From NCBI RefSeq assembly GCF_009914755.1, contig NC_060933.1: a stretch of 64,000 nucleotides of DNA; one strand, written 5' to 3'. This DNA is from the human T2T-CHM13v2.0 reference genome, Homo sapiens. The notes beneath the pieces are model-generated. The model was given only the letters and a program-made list of their open reading frames with translations. It made no database searches and had not been told where the DNA came from. The stretch's first letter is position 1. Every line of letters begins with the position of its first letter. A program made the position numbers and the translations under genes. Shown here piece after piece: positions 1-12,676 of the stretch.

Positions 1-224
1 ATGTGATCCACAACACTTTCTAACCATGTCAATTCTACTTCAGCTGTATTATGAAAACAGTGTTTAAGAAGTGGCTTATTGTATGTGAAAGTTATAAAGG
101 ATAAAGTTATTTATGTTAGTCAGAATATATAAATATGTGTCAGAACACTTTTGTGAACTCCAAATAATTTCTGAGAAGATACTGGAAAAATATCAATGAC
201 AAATAATTAAATATACAAATGACT

Positions 225-395
225 TTATATTTATTCACATTTCCTCTTCACAACAGCCCTTTGAAGAAGTTGCTGTTATTCCCATTTTACAGATGAGGAA
301 ACTAAAGCACAAAGTGGTTAAGTGACTTCTCCAAGTCAGTTAGTAACAGGTAGAGTCAGGATTTGAACCCAGGGAGTGTGGCTTCAGAGTTCATA
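225..395 (-). mobile_element. MIR SINE
   Basis: Core cccattttacagatgaggaaact...ggatttgaacccagg. Confidence 0.85.
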
Positions 396-693
396 TTTGT
401 AAATAACACAATCAACTGCCTCTTCTGTAAACTGAGCATGTTCACCACAAGTTGGAGGTGACAGCATGTGCAGAAGAAAACTAAGCATCTGTACATTAGG
501 TAAGAATGGCCATGAAGACGGGGCCCGAAGGATACCAAGGCAATGAGCTGGCAGGCCTCAGCTGCAGATGGGGATGGAGCAGGCCCTACATAGGCTGGAC
601 CTGGAGACCAATGCTCTAATCTCCATATGGTGGACTCCTCCTATTGGACAGAGAGAAACTTTAATTAGCTGCCTCCAAATGGAGTTTGCCTCC

Positions 694-2125
694 AAATGGC
701 CATTCTTGGGTTTTCTAGACTAATGCGAAAGTTTTCACCGTGTTCCAAATTTTTCCTGTGGGTACATCTTCCTATCTGAGATGCCTGTGAGAACATACCT
801 AACCATTCCCCTTGGAACATAAAAGGATGACTCTCACTGTGAAATAAGGTGAGAAACATTTCTTTCTGCCTGCTCATTCATGGGGCCTGAGAATCTCTTG
901 GAATTGCCATAAAAATCTTCAGAGTTCCATATTGTTTCCACGGCCCTCCTCATCTCCCTTTGCTATTGTTCTCTGAAATGAAGGTATGGCTGATAAACTG
1001 TCTTCTTCAAAGATTTGCCTTTTTCCTCAATCCCTAAGTAGTGTTGAAGCAAAAATTCTATTTCAAAGAAAATTACTGAGAGTTCTAATTACAGTTATTG
1101 AAATCCAAATTCTACACAGCACTCTCTTCAATTATGAACAGTGTTCATAAGTAGGGTCACTTATCTAGAAAATTATTAAAAATTCAATGTACATGAAAGC
1201 CTCAAAAGTCCTTGAAAGGCAAATGTTAGGAAAGGGCTGTTTCCATGACAACATCTCCTCATCCTCTTTGATCCCTTGCTGCCCATTTTCTAGTAAACAC
1301 CTACTTTGAATTGCAACTTTCTTATTTAATAATTTCAACAAACGTTGGGAAAATGTGTTGCTCATTCTCCATCAGTGATTAGAATTTTCCTGAATTTTGA
1401 TATCATGCTAACCAGTCCTTTCCCAAAGCCATCCTTTACTGGAGTAGAAAATGTTCTCCTTACTCTACCTTTTCTAAAAGATTTAAAGAATGAGAGTATC
1501 TTTGCTGCAATACTTTCTTGGCTCAGAGACAAGTGGATTTGCAGTGTCTGATAATGTTCCACACAATAACATATTTTCCCTTTTCACAATTAAGTTTATC
1601 ATCTAACTGCCTAGCCTATCATTCAAAAAATAAATTGTCATGGATTTCATTGACTTTACATCAATCTGTTGGTTCATTGGTCAAATCATCAGGGCATTGC
1701 AGACGCATGTTTGGGAACTCACTTTTAATAGGAAAGGAGAGGCAAGGAAGCAGGTATGTCATAATCACAAGTCTGAGATTGATTGCATTAAAAAATAATT
1801 TCAGCAAAAGTCTGTATCATCACCTTTGTGCTTGAAGAGCAGCAAGTGATACAACCCCAAGCCACTAACATATATGGCAAGAAGGAGAAGCAGAAGAAAA
1901 CCAGGGAAAAGAAAAAGCAGATACTCATTGCCCTAAGAAAAATAATTTTGTAATCACAAAATTAAATTACTCTGCTGTGAATCCCAGTGAAGAAATGGCC
2001 TTGTTGGAATGGTTTGATGTGCTCTCACAGGCATCTCAAATGGGAAAACATACCCACAGGAAAAATTTGGAAGGCAAACAGTAAAAACTTTCACATTAAT
2101 CTGGAAAACAAAAGAGTGGCCATTT
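694..2125. repeat. Inverted duplication with arms 694-809 and 2006-2125
   Basis: Manual alignment of the left arm to the reverse complement of the right arm gives ~17 substitutions and one 4-nt indel over ~120 bp. Confidence 0.9.
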
Positions 2126-3149
2126 ATACCTTATGCCTAACTCTAAAAAACTCTTAAGTGCTTTGCAGTTTATTTTTGGAAAAGAGAGTAGGAGAAAGAA
2201 GAAAGTGGGGCAGAATAACAGGGAGAGAGGGAAAGAAACAGATTTTTTTTTTCCTTTTGGTCCAAAAGATGTTAAAAAGAATGTTACTCTAAGGGAAGAG
2301 TGGTATTTTCTACCTCATTGGTGAATCTTGGGCTAGTCCTACAGAGGCGGAAGGCAGCTCACAGCAGAGTTTGCTGGCCTCATCGCTTGCCCTCTGACAA
2401 ATATCCTTTTCTCTGACAGAGCAGCTGTTAATTCATTTTGAGTAATGCTGACTGAGCTCACAGACCTAAAGTACAGACAACTTTGCTATTAACAGGAGGG
2501 TAGAAGTAAAGGGAATATAGGACAAACATTCATACAAAAAGCTGAAATATAAAAATTTAATCAAAATCAAAATCTGAAATACAAAAATTTACCGTAAAAA
2601 CTGATCTGGGAATGATAGTTGATATAGGCTTTAAAAATATATTGGGTTGTTTAGGTTATAAAAAAATACATATTAATTGTAGAAGACATTGAAAAAAAGA
2701 AGAGTAGAAGAAGGGGAAAAGACTTTTCTACTACCTATACTCCATTATTAAGAGTTGGGGGGTATTTTATTTTTTCTCTTGGCAATGGTTCTTATGTCTG
2801 TTCATTTATTTTGTATAAGTATGGTCATCATATATATATATCTGTATTTTACATTTTAATTTTTATGCCAATGGTAAATATTTGTTGACTGAATAATACA
2901 GCATCTAAATTTCTGTGTAGTTTAGTGTTTTATAAACATAATTTTAATGGCTGCATAACAGTGTATCATGTGGAGATGGTATAGCTGGCTTAACCATCCA
3001 CAAATTGGAATATTCAAGTTGTGGCTAATTTTTTACTATAATTAATAATTCCAGGTGGATCCTATCTATTAGACCATTGATGGTAAAACCAGGTTAATGG
3101 GGCCACCTTGTAAAAATTTATCTTAATGTAGGCAAGCTTACTACAGTTC

Positions 3150-4310
3150 CTGGGCACTATATATCACACAGGTCCTGTAGTGGGCTTGAGATAATACACA
3201 AATCAAAAAGACTGAATAAGACATGATCATTTTTATTTTCCAGTAGGGTAAATAATATGTCAGCAAAAAATTATAATGTTGGGAATCAGAGCCAGAAATG
3301 AGGCATGAAAACTATGCATGAAGTAACTCCTTGGAAAGTCACAAAAGGCATCTCTAAGGACGTAATAGATGAGACAGGTCTTGGAGGATAAGTAGGCATT
3401 TGCTCAGCAAAGAAGGGAGCTCTTAGATACAGCGAGAAGAGCTGTGGAAGATAAAAGGATGAATAGGAATTGGGGATTTAAGACCTAGTGAGGAATAAAG
3501 ATATTTGAAAGAATATAAGGCAACATAAGATCAATGTATATGGAGGGCAACAAACAAAAAATGATAGTAGGTAAAGGAAGGGAGACATAACTTCCATTAA
3601 AATGTCACAGGGTTAGCTGAACTTCTAAGGATCCAGGTTTGTTAAGTGGTAGCAGATGGAGGAGAGGAGATGGGGAGAAGGACACACCAGGTGAGCAGGA
3701 GAGGCAGGAGCAAAGCTGGGGAGGGACACCTTGCAAGCTGTGTTTGGGAAACCAGCAGTGTACTTTGGCTGGATTTTATGTCAGGGTGTGCACAGAGGTA
3801 GGGTGGAAATAGTGCTATAAAGATGTTAGCCCCAGAGACTCTTAGAGAGTCTTTAGGTGAGATTAAGTTTGGGAATGGGAATATGAACCCAAGAAAAGAT
3901 TTATAAAATAGGTGAGTGGCAGATAAGAACAGAATCTGTCCATAGATAGATGGGAAAAAAGTGATTGACAAACCAGTAAGAAAGTTCTTTTGGTGGTCTA
4001 GACTTGAAGTCATAAATACCTGAGCTGAAGTAATGACAGTAGCCTGGAAATAAAGAGGCAAATTCACGAGCTATTTCAAAGAAATAACTAATGGAATTGG
4101 CAACTCTTCAGGTGTGGTGAAAGAAGAGAAAAAAATGTCCAAGATGACTTCAACGTTCTGACCTTGAGTGGCTTGAGTGAATGGAGTTACAACTGTGCAG
4201 AAAGTGAGTTTTATGGAAACAACAAATGCAGTTTTGGTTTTGTTGAATTTGAGGTGCTGATGAGAGACCCATGTTCCACATAGTTCATTGGCAAATTGAA
4301 CTGTGGAGCT
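3150..4310 (-). mobile_element. L2 LINE remnant (approximate)
   Basis: Purine-rich degenerate L2-type phrases (ggataagtaggcatttgc..., caagatgactt...ttctgaccttgag..., gttgaatttgaggtg). Confidence 0.55.
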
Positions 4311-5055
4311 TAGAGGATCTTATTAGTACCTTATCTAAAAGGTCCCATTATATGTGATTTATGGGACATCAGTTAGGATTAATAAGGAGCTCAGCAATTA
4401 AAAAGTTTCAGATGGGGGTCTTTATTTATTGAGCTATTTAAAAAATATGTAGATGTAAGCTAGAAATTAGAGGATTTTTGCCCCCAAGGAGATCTGTTTA
4501 AAATTCTTGGAAGTTTATCTGAACCTTTCAGTAGTGATTTTACTTTGCCAATGTGTAAAGGTTGCTGAATGCTAACAAATCAAGCCTTAAAGGTAATTGT
4601 TTGAAAAATCACTTTGGGCACACATGACATCATCTCAGACTCTTATGATAACTCAGATGTATGAGGGAATCAAAACCAGATGAGTTTAGTGGATTTGCAG
4701 ATTACTCTCAAAGTTCTCAGCCCTCAGAGTTTTCCAGTTGAACAAATACTCTCTCTGGAAGATTATTTAAAATATTCAATGATTTACCTCTTGGCCTACT
4801 TTTGTTCTGAACTTAAGTGGAGGGTGACCAGAGGGCAACTCCACAGCATCAGATATGAGAAACATCAAACATTAGTGTTTATATCCATGCAGCAAGAAGC
4901 CATGGTGTCTTTCCCACTTTTTATTCATCAGTCACTTAAAATATTTTAAAATTTCCTCCAGAACTCACTGTTAAAATTGAGAAACTGGCAGTCAATCCAA
5001 AAGCTGAAACTTTGGATGATGCTTTGGAAATACCATTGTCATTTTAGATATTTGG

Positions 5056-5319
5056 ATTTCCTCCCTTTTTCCCTTCCTCTCTTCCTCCTTCTCCTTCTCC
5101 CCCTCCTTCTCCCCCTCCCTCCTCCTCCTCCTCTTCTTTTCTCCTCCTTCTTCGCCTTCTCCTTCTTCTTCTCCTCCTCTTTTCCTCTTTCTTTCTCTTT
5201 CTCTCTTTCTTTCTTTCTTTCTGTCTTTCTCTCTTTCTTTCTTCTTTTTCTCTTTCCTCCTCTCCTCTCCTTTCCTTTCCTTTCCTTTCCTCTCCTCTCC
5301 TTTCCTTTTTTTCTTTTTT
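5056..5319. repeat. Polypyrimidine low-complexity tract (CCT/CTT/CTTT/CCTTT)
   Basis: ~260 nt almost entirely C/T, directly abutting an Alu arm. Confidence 0.95.
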
Positions 5320-5455
5320 AACAGGGTCTTGCTCTGTCACCCAGGTGGGAGTGCAGTGGTGCAATCATGGCTCACTACACCCTCAACCTCTAGGGCATCA
5401 GTGCAATCCTCCCACCTCAGCCTCCTGAGTAGCTGGGACTACAGGTGTGTGCCAA
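5320..5455 (-). mobile_element. Old Alu right monomer (AluJ/FRAM-like)
   Basis: acagggtcttgctctgtcacccagg...cctcccacctcagcctcctgagtagctgggactacagg. Confidence 0.85.
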
Positions 5456-6134
5456 TGTTTTCCTTCAAGATTGTGAACATTTTGTTGTTTCCTTCCTACT
5501 CCTTGTCTTGTGAACCACCTTGAATCAGTGTGGCGACTACACAATATATATATAAGATATTCTTAAGAGGACATTGAATTACCTCTTCTAAGAAAATAAT
5601 TATATTAATTCTTTTAATTCCGTAAATTGAATATATAGGTTCTAAAAAAATATGTTTTTTGAGTTTTGGATTGAAGTTTCTACTGGATATGTTTTATTAT
5701 AAACGGAGGAGATTTATATATTTACTTATTAATGGTGATAACCTATTAATCATCAAATCACTCTTAAATACTGCATATTGTTCTTTACATAGGATCTGAG
5801 ATACACTGGGGACTATGTTGTACAGAATGCATGATGAGAAAGAAGTATTAGTAGATATCAGTAACAGTCTGTCTTTTAAACAATGTTGATATAAAAACTT
5901 ATTTTGCTCAGTTTCAGTCCAATTATTTGCCCCCCTAATTTGCCACAGCCTAGTTATTTTAAAATTAATTAATCTGAACTTTTTTTTTCTTCCATGTACC
6001 ATATTGATTAGGATTCAGTAGAGAGTTTTGGATTTATGCACCAGTAAGGTAAATGAATAATAATAATATTTCAAAATAGAGTTGTCAGCAGCTAATTTTG
6101 CTATGTAAGGACATTGATCATTGATACGGAACTC

Positions 6135-6485
6135 TTGTAGTCATTGCTAGTGTTCACCAATGTTAGGTTCTCCTCTCCTTTTGGGGTACACAGGAAGACT
6201 ATATTTGCCAGTCTTTTTTTCTATTTAGATAGGGCCATGCAATTGAGTTATGGCCAATGGAATATAAACAGATATGACTTGGCTCAATTTCAGACCAAGG
6301 CAATTAGAACCAGAGTTTTTTCTTCACTCTTTCTCCCTTCCCTCGTGCCTCTGGTTGAAGTGAATAACTCCAAGGTGGTGGATCTTCACAATAGATGTTG
6401 CCTGGATTCCTGAGTCACTACTTGGAGGTTATCTCCCTAGGAGAACTACCTACCTGTTCCACAATGGACTGTAATGTCAGAGAAT
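6135..6485 (+). mobile_element. MLT1-type MaLR LTR fragment
   Basis: ggccatgcaattgagttatggccaatggaatat...cctggattcctgagtcactacttggag. Confidence 0.6.
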
Positions 6486-6677
6486 CGCTACTACTAATTA
6501 TGTAGTAAACTACTATTTAATAAAAGGAAGGGTGATTTAAAATCAAAATAAGTAAGAAGCATGCAATCTCCCAATTTCAAGAAATTGAATACATTTTTTT
6601 TACTGACACTGCTGACTGCCAAAAACATTGTCACTGCCTGGCATTTAGGCGACCCTGACATGGTAATTGAGGGCAGT

Positions 6678-6870
6678 GACTGGAGCAGACAGACCTGGGG
6701 TTGAGTCCTGGCTCTGTCACTTCCCACTTGTATGGCTTTAGCGTGTTACTTAACATCTCTGAGCCTCAATGTCTTTATTTGTCAAATGGGGATTATAATA
6801 ATATCTGTAATTTAAGTTGGTGTCAGAATTAAATGAGACAACAAATGGCTTCTTGTAAGTGCTGGACGAT
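6678..6870 (+). mobile_element. MIR SINE
   Basis: gacctggggttgagtcctggctctgtcactt...ctgagcctcaatgtctttatttgtcaaatggggat. Confidence 0.8.
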
Positions 6871-7865
6871 TGTTGGTTATATAATCTATCTTGGGTTCAG
6901 AGAGGATCTTCATCTCATTTTTTCTCATGTTTCCTCAGACTTAATACTCACAATTTTTAATATTTTATAAACAGGAAATTAAAATATAAACATTTCAAAG
7001 TCCACTGAAATAATTTTCCTGACATTTTGGTAAGAAATTTCTGAAAATAGGAAACTTGCTGTTAGGAAGAGTTAAAAAAGATGATGAGGCTGATATATTG
7101 GGAATAGATGTTTGGGTTGTGAAGCTTTGGGTTAATTAAAGAAATAAAAACAGCAGTGATGTTATAGAATCATGTTCCCTAGCCTGGAACATGTCCATGA
7201 GCAAAGTGGGGTATTGATAGAGGCAAACAGAAGGTTCTGGTATGTTCTAGTGTATTCTACACAAAGTCATCATGGATGGATATAGATATAGCATTAAAAT
7301 CATATAACTATATTTGTAAGAGGATAAATTTAAATTATGGATCAATAGGTAGATATTTTTTCTTTTTGGTAGATGTTATATCAGACTGGGCAAGTATAAT
7401 TGCCTTACATATGTCTCTGGAACCATTTTGATTAGCATTGGAAGTAAAAAAAAAAAAAAAGATTACTTTGCATGATACTGTGTCCGTTTATTTAATCTTT
7501 AACATGTTCCCAATAGGAGACTTCTTTATTAACAACAATACTGGACCCTGGACCAATCAGACCAAGAATTCAGCCACACAACGCACTACATCTAGTTGCT
7601 CAGAGATTTTTTTTTTACCTTACCATCTGACTCTGTAGTCATCTTATTATATGTAATGGAGTCTTAGTATAAGAAAAGGGATGAGGTCATAGTGATAAAC
7701 ATCATTTTCTGAAAATTTGCTGCAGGTAAACTTGCTTTAAAGAAATTCCTTTCCAGGAAGCACATGTCAAGTTATATACATTTTGAAAAAACTTAGAAAT
7801 TTATAACTTTTTGATTTTGATTTGACTACATTATCAAAGTGCATTTTTTATATCTTGGAAATTTT

Positions 7866-7965
7866 TTGTCATTAAAGTATCATGTTACATGTGGTGAAAT
7901 AGTATTTATATATAAAAAATACATATTTCTATTTCACCACATGTAACATGATACTTTAATGACAA
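7866..7965. repeat. Perfect 37-bp inverted repeat with a 26-nt AT-rich spacer
   Basis: ttgtcattaaagtatcatgttacatgtggtgaaatag (7866-7902) is the exact reverse complement of 7929-7965. Confidence 0.97.
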
Positions 7966-8609
7966 TAAACTAAAATTGATACATAAAATTTTAAAAATAC
8001 AAACATATAAAATGCAAATATATATATAATTTTGGAGATGCTTGCTATTAACTTTCGAACATAACCATCCCTACTATTAGTCATGGTTATTAGCAATAGA
8101 GAAAACATAATTCAGTCTCCCTAGTTTAGGCAAAAGTGATATTTGATGAATCTATCTAGTTTATAGTATCATTGGAAGACCTGATAAACAGGTTATAACT
8201 TGAACCTACAAGCATAACTCCCTCAGTTCCACACATACCTAGATTTCCAAGCTAACTGCCACCTTCACCACAGTCAGGAAATAGCATATTTATCTCTGGA
8301 ACTCTAGCTGCAAGAGAGTCTAGTAAATATAGTTCATGCCCCATCATCTGCAGTGCTGAAAGGCATGCTAGAGGGTTTTGAATGGAGATTGAGCCAATGA
8401 CAATATCAGTCCCCCTGGTAATGCATGAAATGTGACAGACCCTTTAAAGAGGTAATTAGAGGTCACATCTTTTGTGTCTTATATAAGGAAATTGTCATAA
8501 AGTAATTGCCATTAACATTAGTTTCTTGATAATGAAAAAACATTTTTATCTAAGGGGAAAACTGAACAGCTGCAGAGAGCTGTAACTTTTATAGGAGATT
8601 AATCTATAA

Positions 8610-8826
8610 GAGAAGACAGCAAACTACAGCCTGTGTGTCAAATCCTACTTGCCACGTGTAAGTAAAATTTCTTGGAATATAGACATACTCATTCGTATAT
8701 GTACTTGTCTATGCCTGATTTCATGCTGCAATGGCAGAGTTACATAGAACCACAGAAATCATTTGACTCACAAAGCCCCAAGTATTTGCTATTTGGCCCT
8801 TTACAGAGAAACTTTGCAGACCTCTG
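8610..8826 (+). mobile_element. MER58A (hAT-Charlie non-autonomous DNA transposon)
   Basis: Consensus-like agcaaactacagcc...tggccctttacagagaaactttgcagacctctg. 8-bp TSD atctataa at 8602-8609 and 8827-8834. Confidence 0.85.
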
Positions 8827-8963
8827 ATCTATAACCCCATTGTATAGTCTTGTAAAAACTCATTGAAGTTAATACTGAGTAGTGATCTTATGAAATAATA
8901 TTGGTGAATTTTTATATTTTAATATTTTTTTATTTTATATGGGTGAGGTCAGTGTGCCAAGAA

Positions 8964-8991
8964 TACACACACACACACACACACACACACA
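8964..8991. repeat. (CA)n microsatellite
   Basis: ~13-14 uninterrupted CA units. Confidence 0.95.
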
Positions 8992-10455
8992 ATCAAAATA
9001 AAACAAAAAGCATGCCATACTTGCAACTATGGAAAATCAAGTTGAGAAATTTGGAGTTCTAATTATGTTTTTATACAAGAATCCCCTAGATTTGATGTTT
9101 ATGCATAACTGGGACTATCTTTTTAACAGGTTTTTGTATGATTTTCCAAGCCAAAATTCTCTCATTTGTTCACTGGGTCACATGACAAGTTAACTGATTC
9201 TGACAGCCTCTTTACAATAGGATGCTAGAAGTAACAAAGTCAACTAGGTGACTGTCATCAAAGTACCAAAAAGAGGACAAAAGATTGTGTCCGGTTGACT
9301 TAAAATGATGAGCTTGATCATCTAATTTTTCGTGGCTCTCTTGAGCAATATAGTGTTGTTGTTTTTTCAAAACAATTTCAACCAGAGTATCAATCTCCAT
9401 TTGCTTCTGCTAAATTATTAAAAACTACATCCCTTCCCTTCATTTTTGGAGTAAGATATGGCTATGACTGATCACTTATGTATGCGTAGACTTGGCATAT
9501 CCATCGTGTAATTTTTTACAAATTCCTCCAATTTCATGAAGTGGCATCTTACTCCTATTGAGAGCATTCTTACCTGCAGTTAAAGAGTTGGTGAGCAAGA
9601 AAGGCCATGTAACACACAGATTAAAAAATAAGCAAAATTCCTGGGCATCCTACTGTTTGTAAGACCCTTGTTTCTCACCCATAAGCAAGGATACTTTCTT
9701 CCTTTTTAGAAGGACATTAGATAAATTGAGGGCATTTGGGGACACTATTGGATGGAATAAACCATGTTCCCATCTTGGGTTGGAAAAGAGACTGTTTCCT
9801 TCATCCTGTTTCCTTCATCATTCTTATGATGACTAAGTCTTTTTATAACCCATCTGTGCCATTGAGGGGCCGAATTTGGCCCAGTTGGGGATTTGGCCAA
9901 GGAAAAGGTATGTTACTGGGTCTGTTCTTCCCATAATTCAGTTGAATTTCTTGTTTGCAAATTCTGGCCATTTTCTGTACTGCTGGGAAAGATGATTAGA
10001 AGAGTATGTGTTCTGGAAGCTGTGGACATTCTATGCTCTCACTCAGCTCTAGCTTCATATTGGAGTGAGGGGGAGAGTTAGTGGGAGAATTTTCCTCCTT
10101 TTTGGCTCTATTTGGCGAATTATTTCACATTCAATAAATGGAAGGGGAGAATCGAGGCCTGAGTAATTGACAGTGAATAATGGTTACATGCAGCGAATAA
10201 TTATCAGGACAGTATTAGAGTAAGTAACAAGAAAAACAACTGGCAAAACATATGGGATCACACCACAGTAGCTGTGAGAGCAATTTTCAGCCTTCTATAA
10301 ATTTCAAGATCGTTTTGAATGTCAACAGTTACGGTTTTCTGGTTGGCCCTGAAAATAAAGCTTCCACATAGAACCTTCTGTATCCCATCCTCCAGTTACT
10401 TTAATCCCTTGTTGCTTACCTAATCTTTTCTTCAGTTGTTTAGCAGCTAACTTCC

Positions 10456-10812
10456 AGATATCATTTGGCTGTGCCCCACCAAATCTCACCTTGAATTGTA
10501 GCTCCCATAATTCCCATGTGTTGTAGGAGGGACCTGGTGGGAGATAATTGAATTATGGGGGCAGTTTCCCCTATACTGTTCTCATGGTAGTGAATAAGTC
10601 TCACAAGGTCTGATGGTTTTGTAAGGGGAAACCCCTTTCACTTGGTTCTCATTCTCTTATCTGCCGCCATGTAAGACGTGCCTTTCACCATCTGCCATGA
10701 TTGTGAGGCCTCCCCAGCCACGTGGAACTATGAGTCCATTAAATCTCTTTTCCTTATAAATTACCCAGTCTCGGGTATGTCTTTATCAGCAGCGTGAAAA
10801 CAGACTAATACA
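10456..10812 (+). mobile_element. THE1 (THE1C-like) solo LTR
   Basis: Full-length THE1 LTR sequence ending gactaataca, with 5-bp TSD cttcc on both sides. Confidence 0.9.
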
Positions 10813-10843
10813 CTTCCACTTTCAGGAAAAGTGTGCCTAGAAA

Positions 10844-11253
10844 TGTTAGCGTGGCAGAGATTTGCTGTATGCTCACCAAACTCATTTCCTCTTTCTGGCC
10901 ACTCAACTAGACTGCCTTTCCCAGTCCACCTGCTTCTAGGTGGAGTTGTGTGAAGAATGCCAGAGGAAATGACGTAGCCACTCTAGGGCTGACCCAGAAA
11001 GCATCCTGTCCTATTCAATATATTCCCTCTCTTCCCCACTCTTTGTAGGTGGGTGATACAAGAGCAAATTTGTATTGAAGATGGAATAGATATTACATGA
11101 AAGGAGCCCTGATCCCTGAGTCACTATGGGAGGAGACGCACCCAATCAGAAATATGTGCTTTGAACTTTGCATAGTGAGAAATAAACTTTCATTGTGTTA
11201 GGCCACTTGGAATTTGGGGTTCTTAGAACAGTTAGTTTATCCCAACTAATACA
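10844..11253 (+). mobile_element. MLT1-type MaLR solo LTR
   Basis: gtgagaaataaactttcattgtgttaggccact...aactaataca terminus. Confidence 0.7.
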
Positions 11254-11619
11254 TTGAGCAGCTCACTCATCTGTGTTTGTGAACATTCATTATTCATCAG
11301 TTCATCATTAATGCAGGTGACTCACAGTTCACTTAACATAAGGAAAAGTCCTAAAACTATGGGATTGTTAGAATCACAAGGCCCTTTTGTTCTGGCGATG
11401 TTTGAATTAGCTTATTCAGGGGCCATTGAACTAGTCGGTAATTGTGAAAGCCACTTTAGGAGATTGTTTAAGTGCAATCCATTTTGAAGGGAAGGTGATG
11501 GGGTAGCTTGGGTTTTCACTTCAGGTGCAATAATGCACAGTGTGTTGTGTTCTGTTGCAAGGTATAGCATAAAGGATTGTTAATAATGGTTAATGTGCTG
11601 AAGTTTCTGAGTTTTTAAA

Positions 11620-12116
11620 TCTTTTTATTTTAAAATAATTACAGACTCAGAAGAAATTCCAAAAAGTATGTGAGGGTGTTCCATGGACCTCTTACCCTTG
11701 CTTTCTCCAGTAATGATATCTTGTATAAAAATAGAACACTATAAAACCAGGAAATTGACCTTGGTACAATCTATAGAACTGACTTAGATTTCACCACTTA
11801 CACATGCACTGTTTGTGTGTGTGTGTGATTGCATGCAATTGTATCACATGTGTAGCTCATGTAACTACCACTCACAATCAAGATGCAGAACTGTGCCATC
11901 ATCACAAGAATGCCTCATGCTAACCCTTCACAGCCATGCCTGCATAGCCACACCCTTCACAGCCATGCCTGCACTCCAGCATTCTCTCCTCCCATTTCCT
12001 AACTCTCATTTGTTCTCCATCTCTATAATCCTGTGATTTTGAAAATATTATATAAACAGAATCGTATTGACCTTTTGAAATTGACTTTTGCCACTCAGCA
12101 TAATTCCCTTGAGGTC
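11620..12116 (-). mobile_element. Old L1M (L1MC-like) 3' end
   Basis: aaaccaggaaattgaccttggtacaat...tcacaatcaagatgcagaactg. Confidence 0.7.
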
Positions 12117-12676
12117 TGTATTTGTTAGGGTTCTTCAGAGAAACAGAACCAATAGGTTATATAGGAAGGAGATTTATCATGAAGGGCCGGCTCACATGAT
12201 TATGGAAGCTGAAAAGTCCTACAATCTGTGATCTACAAATGGGAGGCCAGAAAACTGGTGGTGTAGTTCCAGTCTAAACCCATGGTCCAAGAACCACAGA
12301 AGCCAATGGTGTAGGCCCCAGTCTGAGTCTCTCTGCAGGCCTGAGAACCAGGGAATGGATGGTGTAAGCCCCAGTCCTAGTCTGAAGGCCTAAGAACTGG
12401 GACTGCCAATGACTGAGGGCGAGGAGAGGATGGATGTCCCAGCTCAAGCAGACAGAGAGCAAATTCACCCTTCCTCCACCTTTTTATTCTATTCAGGCTC
12501 TCAATGGATTTGATGATGCCCACTAACATTGGTGAGAATGGCTATTCTTTACTCAGTCTACAATTCAAATGCTAATCTGTTGTGGATGTGTCCTCACATA
12601 CCCAGAAATAATGTTTTCCCAGCTATATGGGCATTGCTTAGCCTAGTCAAGTTGATACATAAAATTAACCATCATG
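12117..12676 (-). mobile_element. MLT2 LTR (3' LTR of an ERVL provirus)
   Basis: tgtatttgttagggttcttcagagaaacagaaccaatagg...agtcaagttgatacataaaattaaccatca. A polypurine tract lies adjacent on the minus strand. Confidence 0.88.

Noticed and set aside
4977-5364. Phe/Leu/Ser-rich and Glu/Arg/Lys-rich ORFs
   Set aside because: Translations of the polypyrimidine simple repeat
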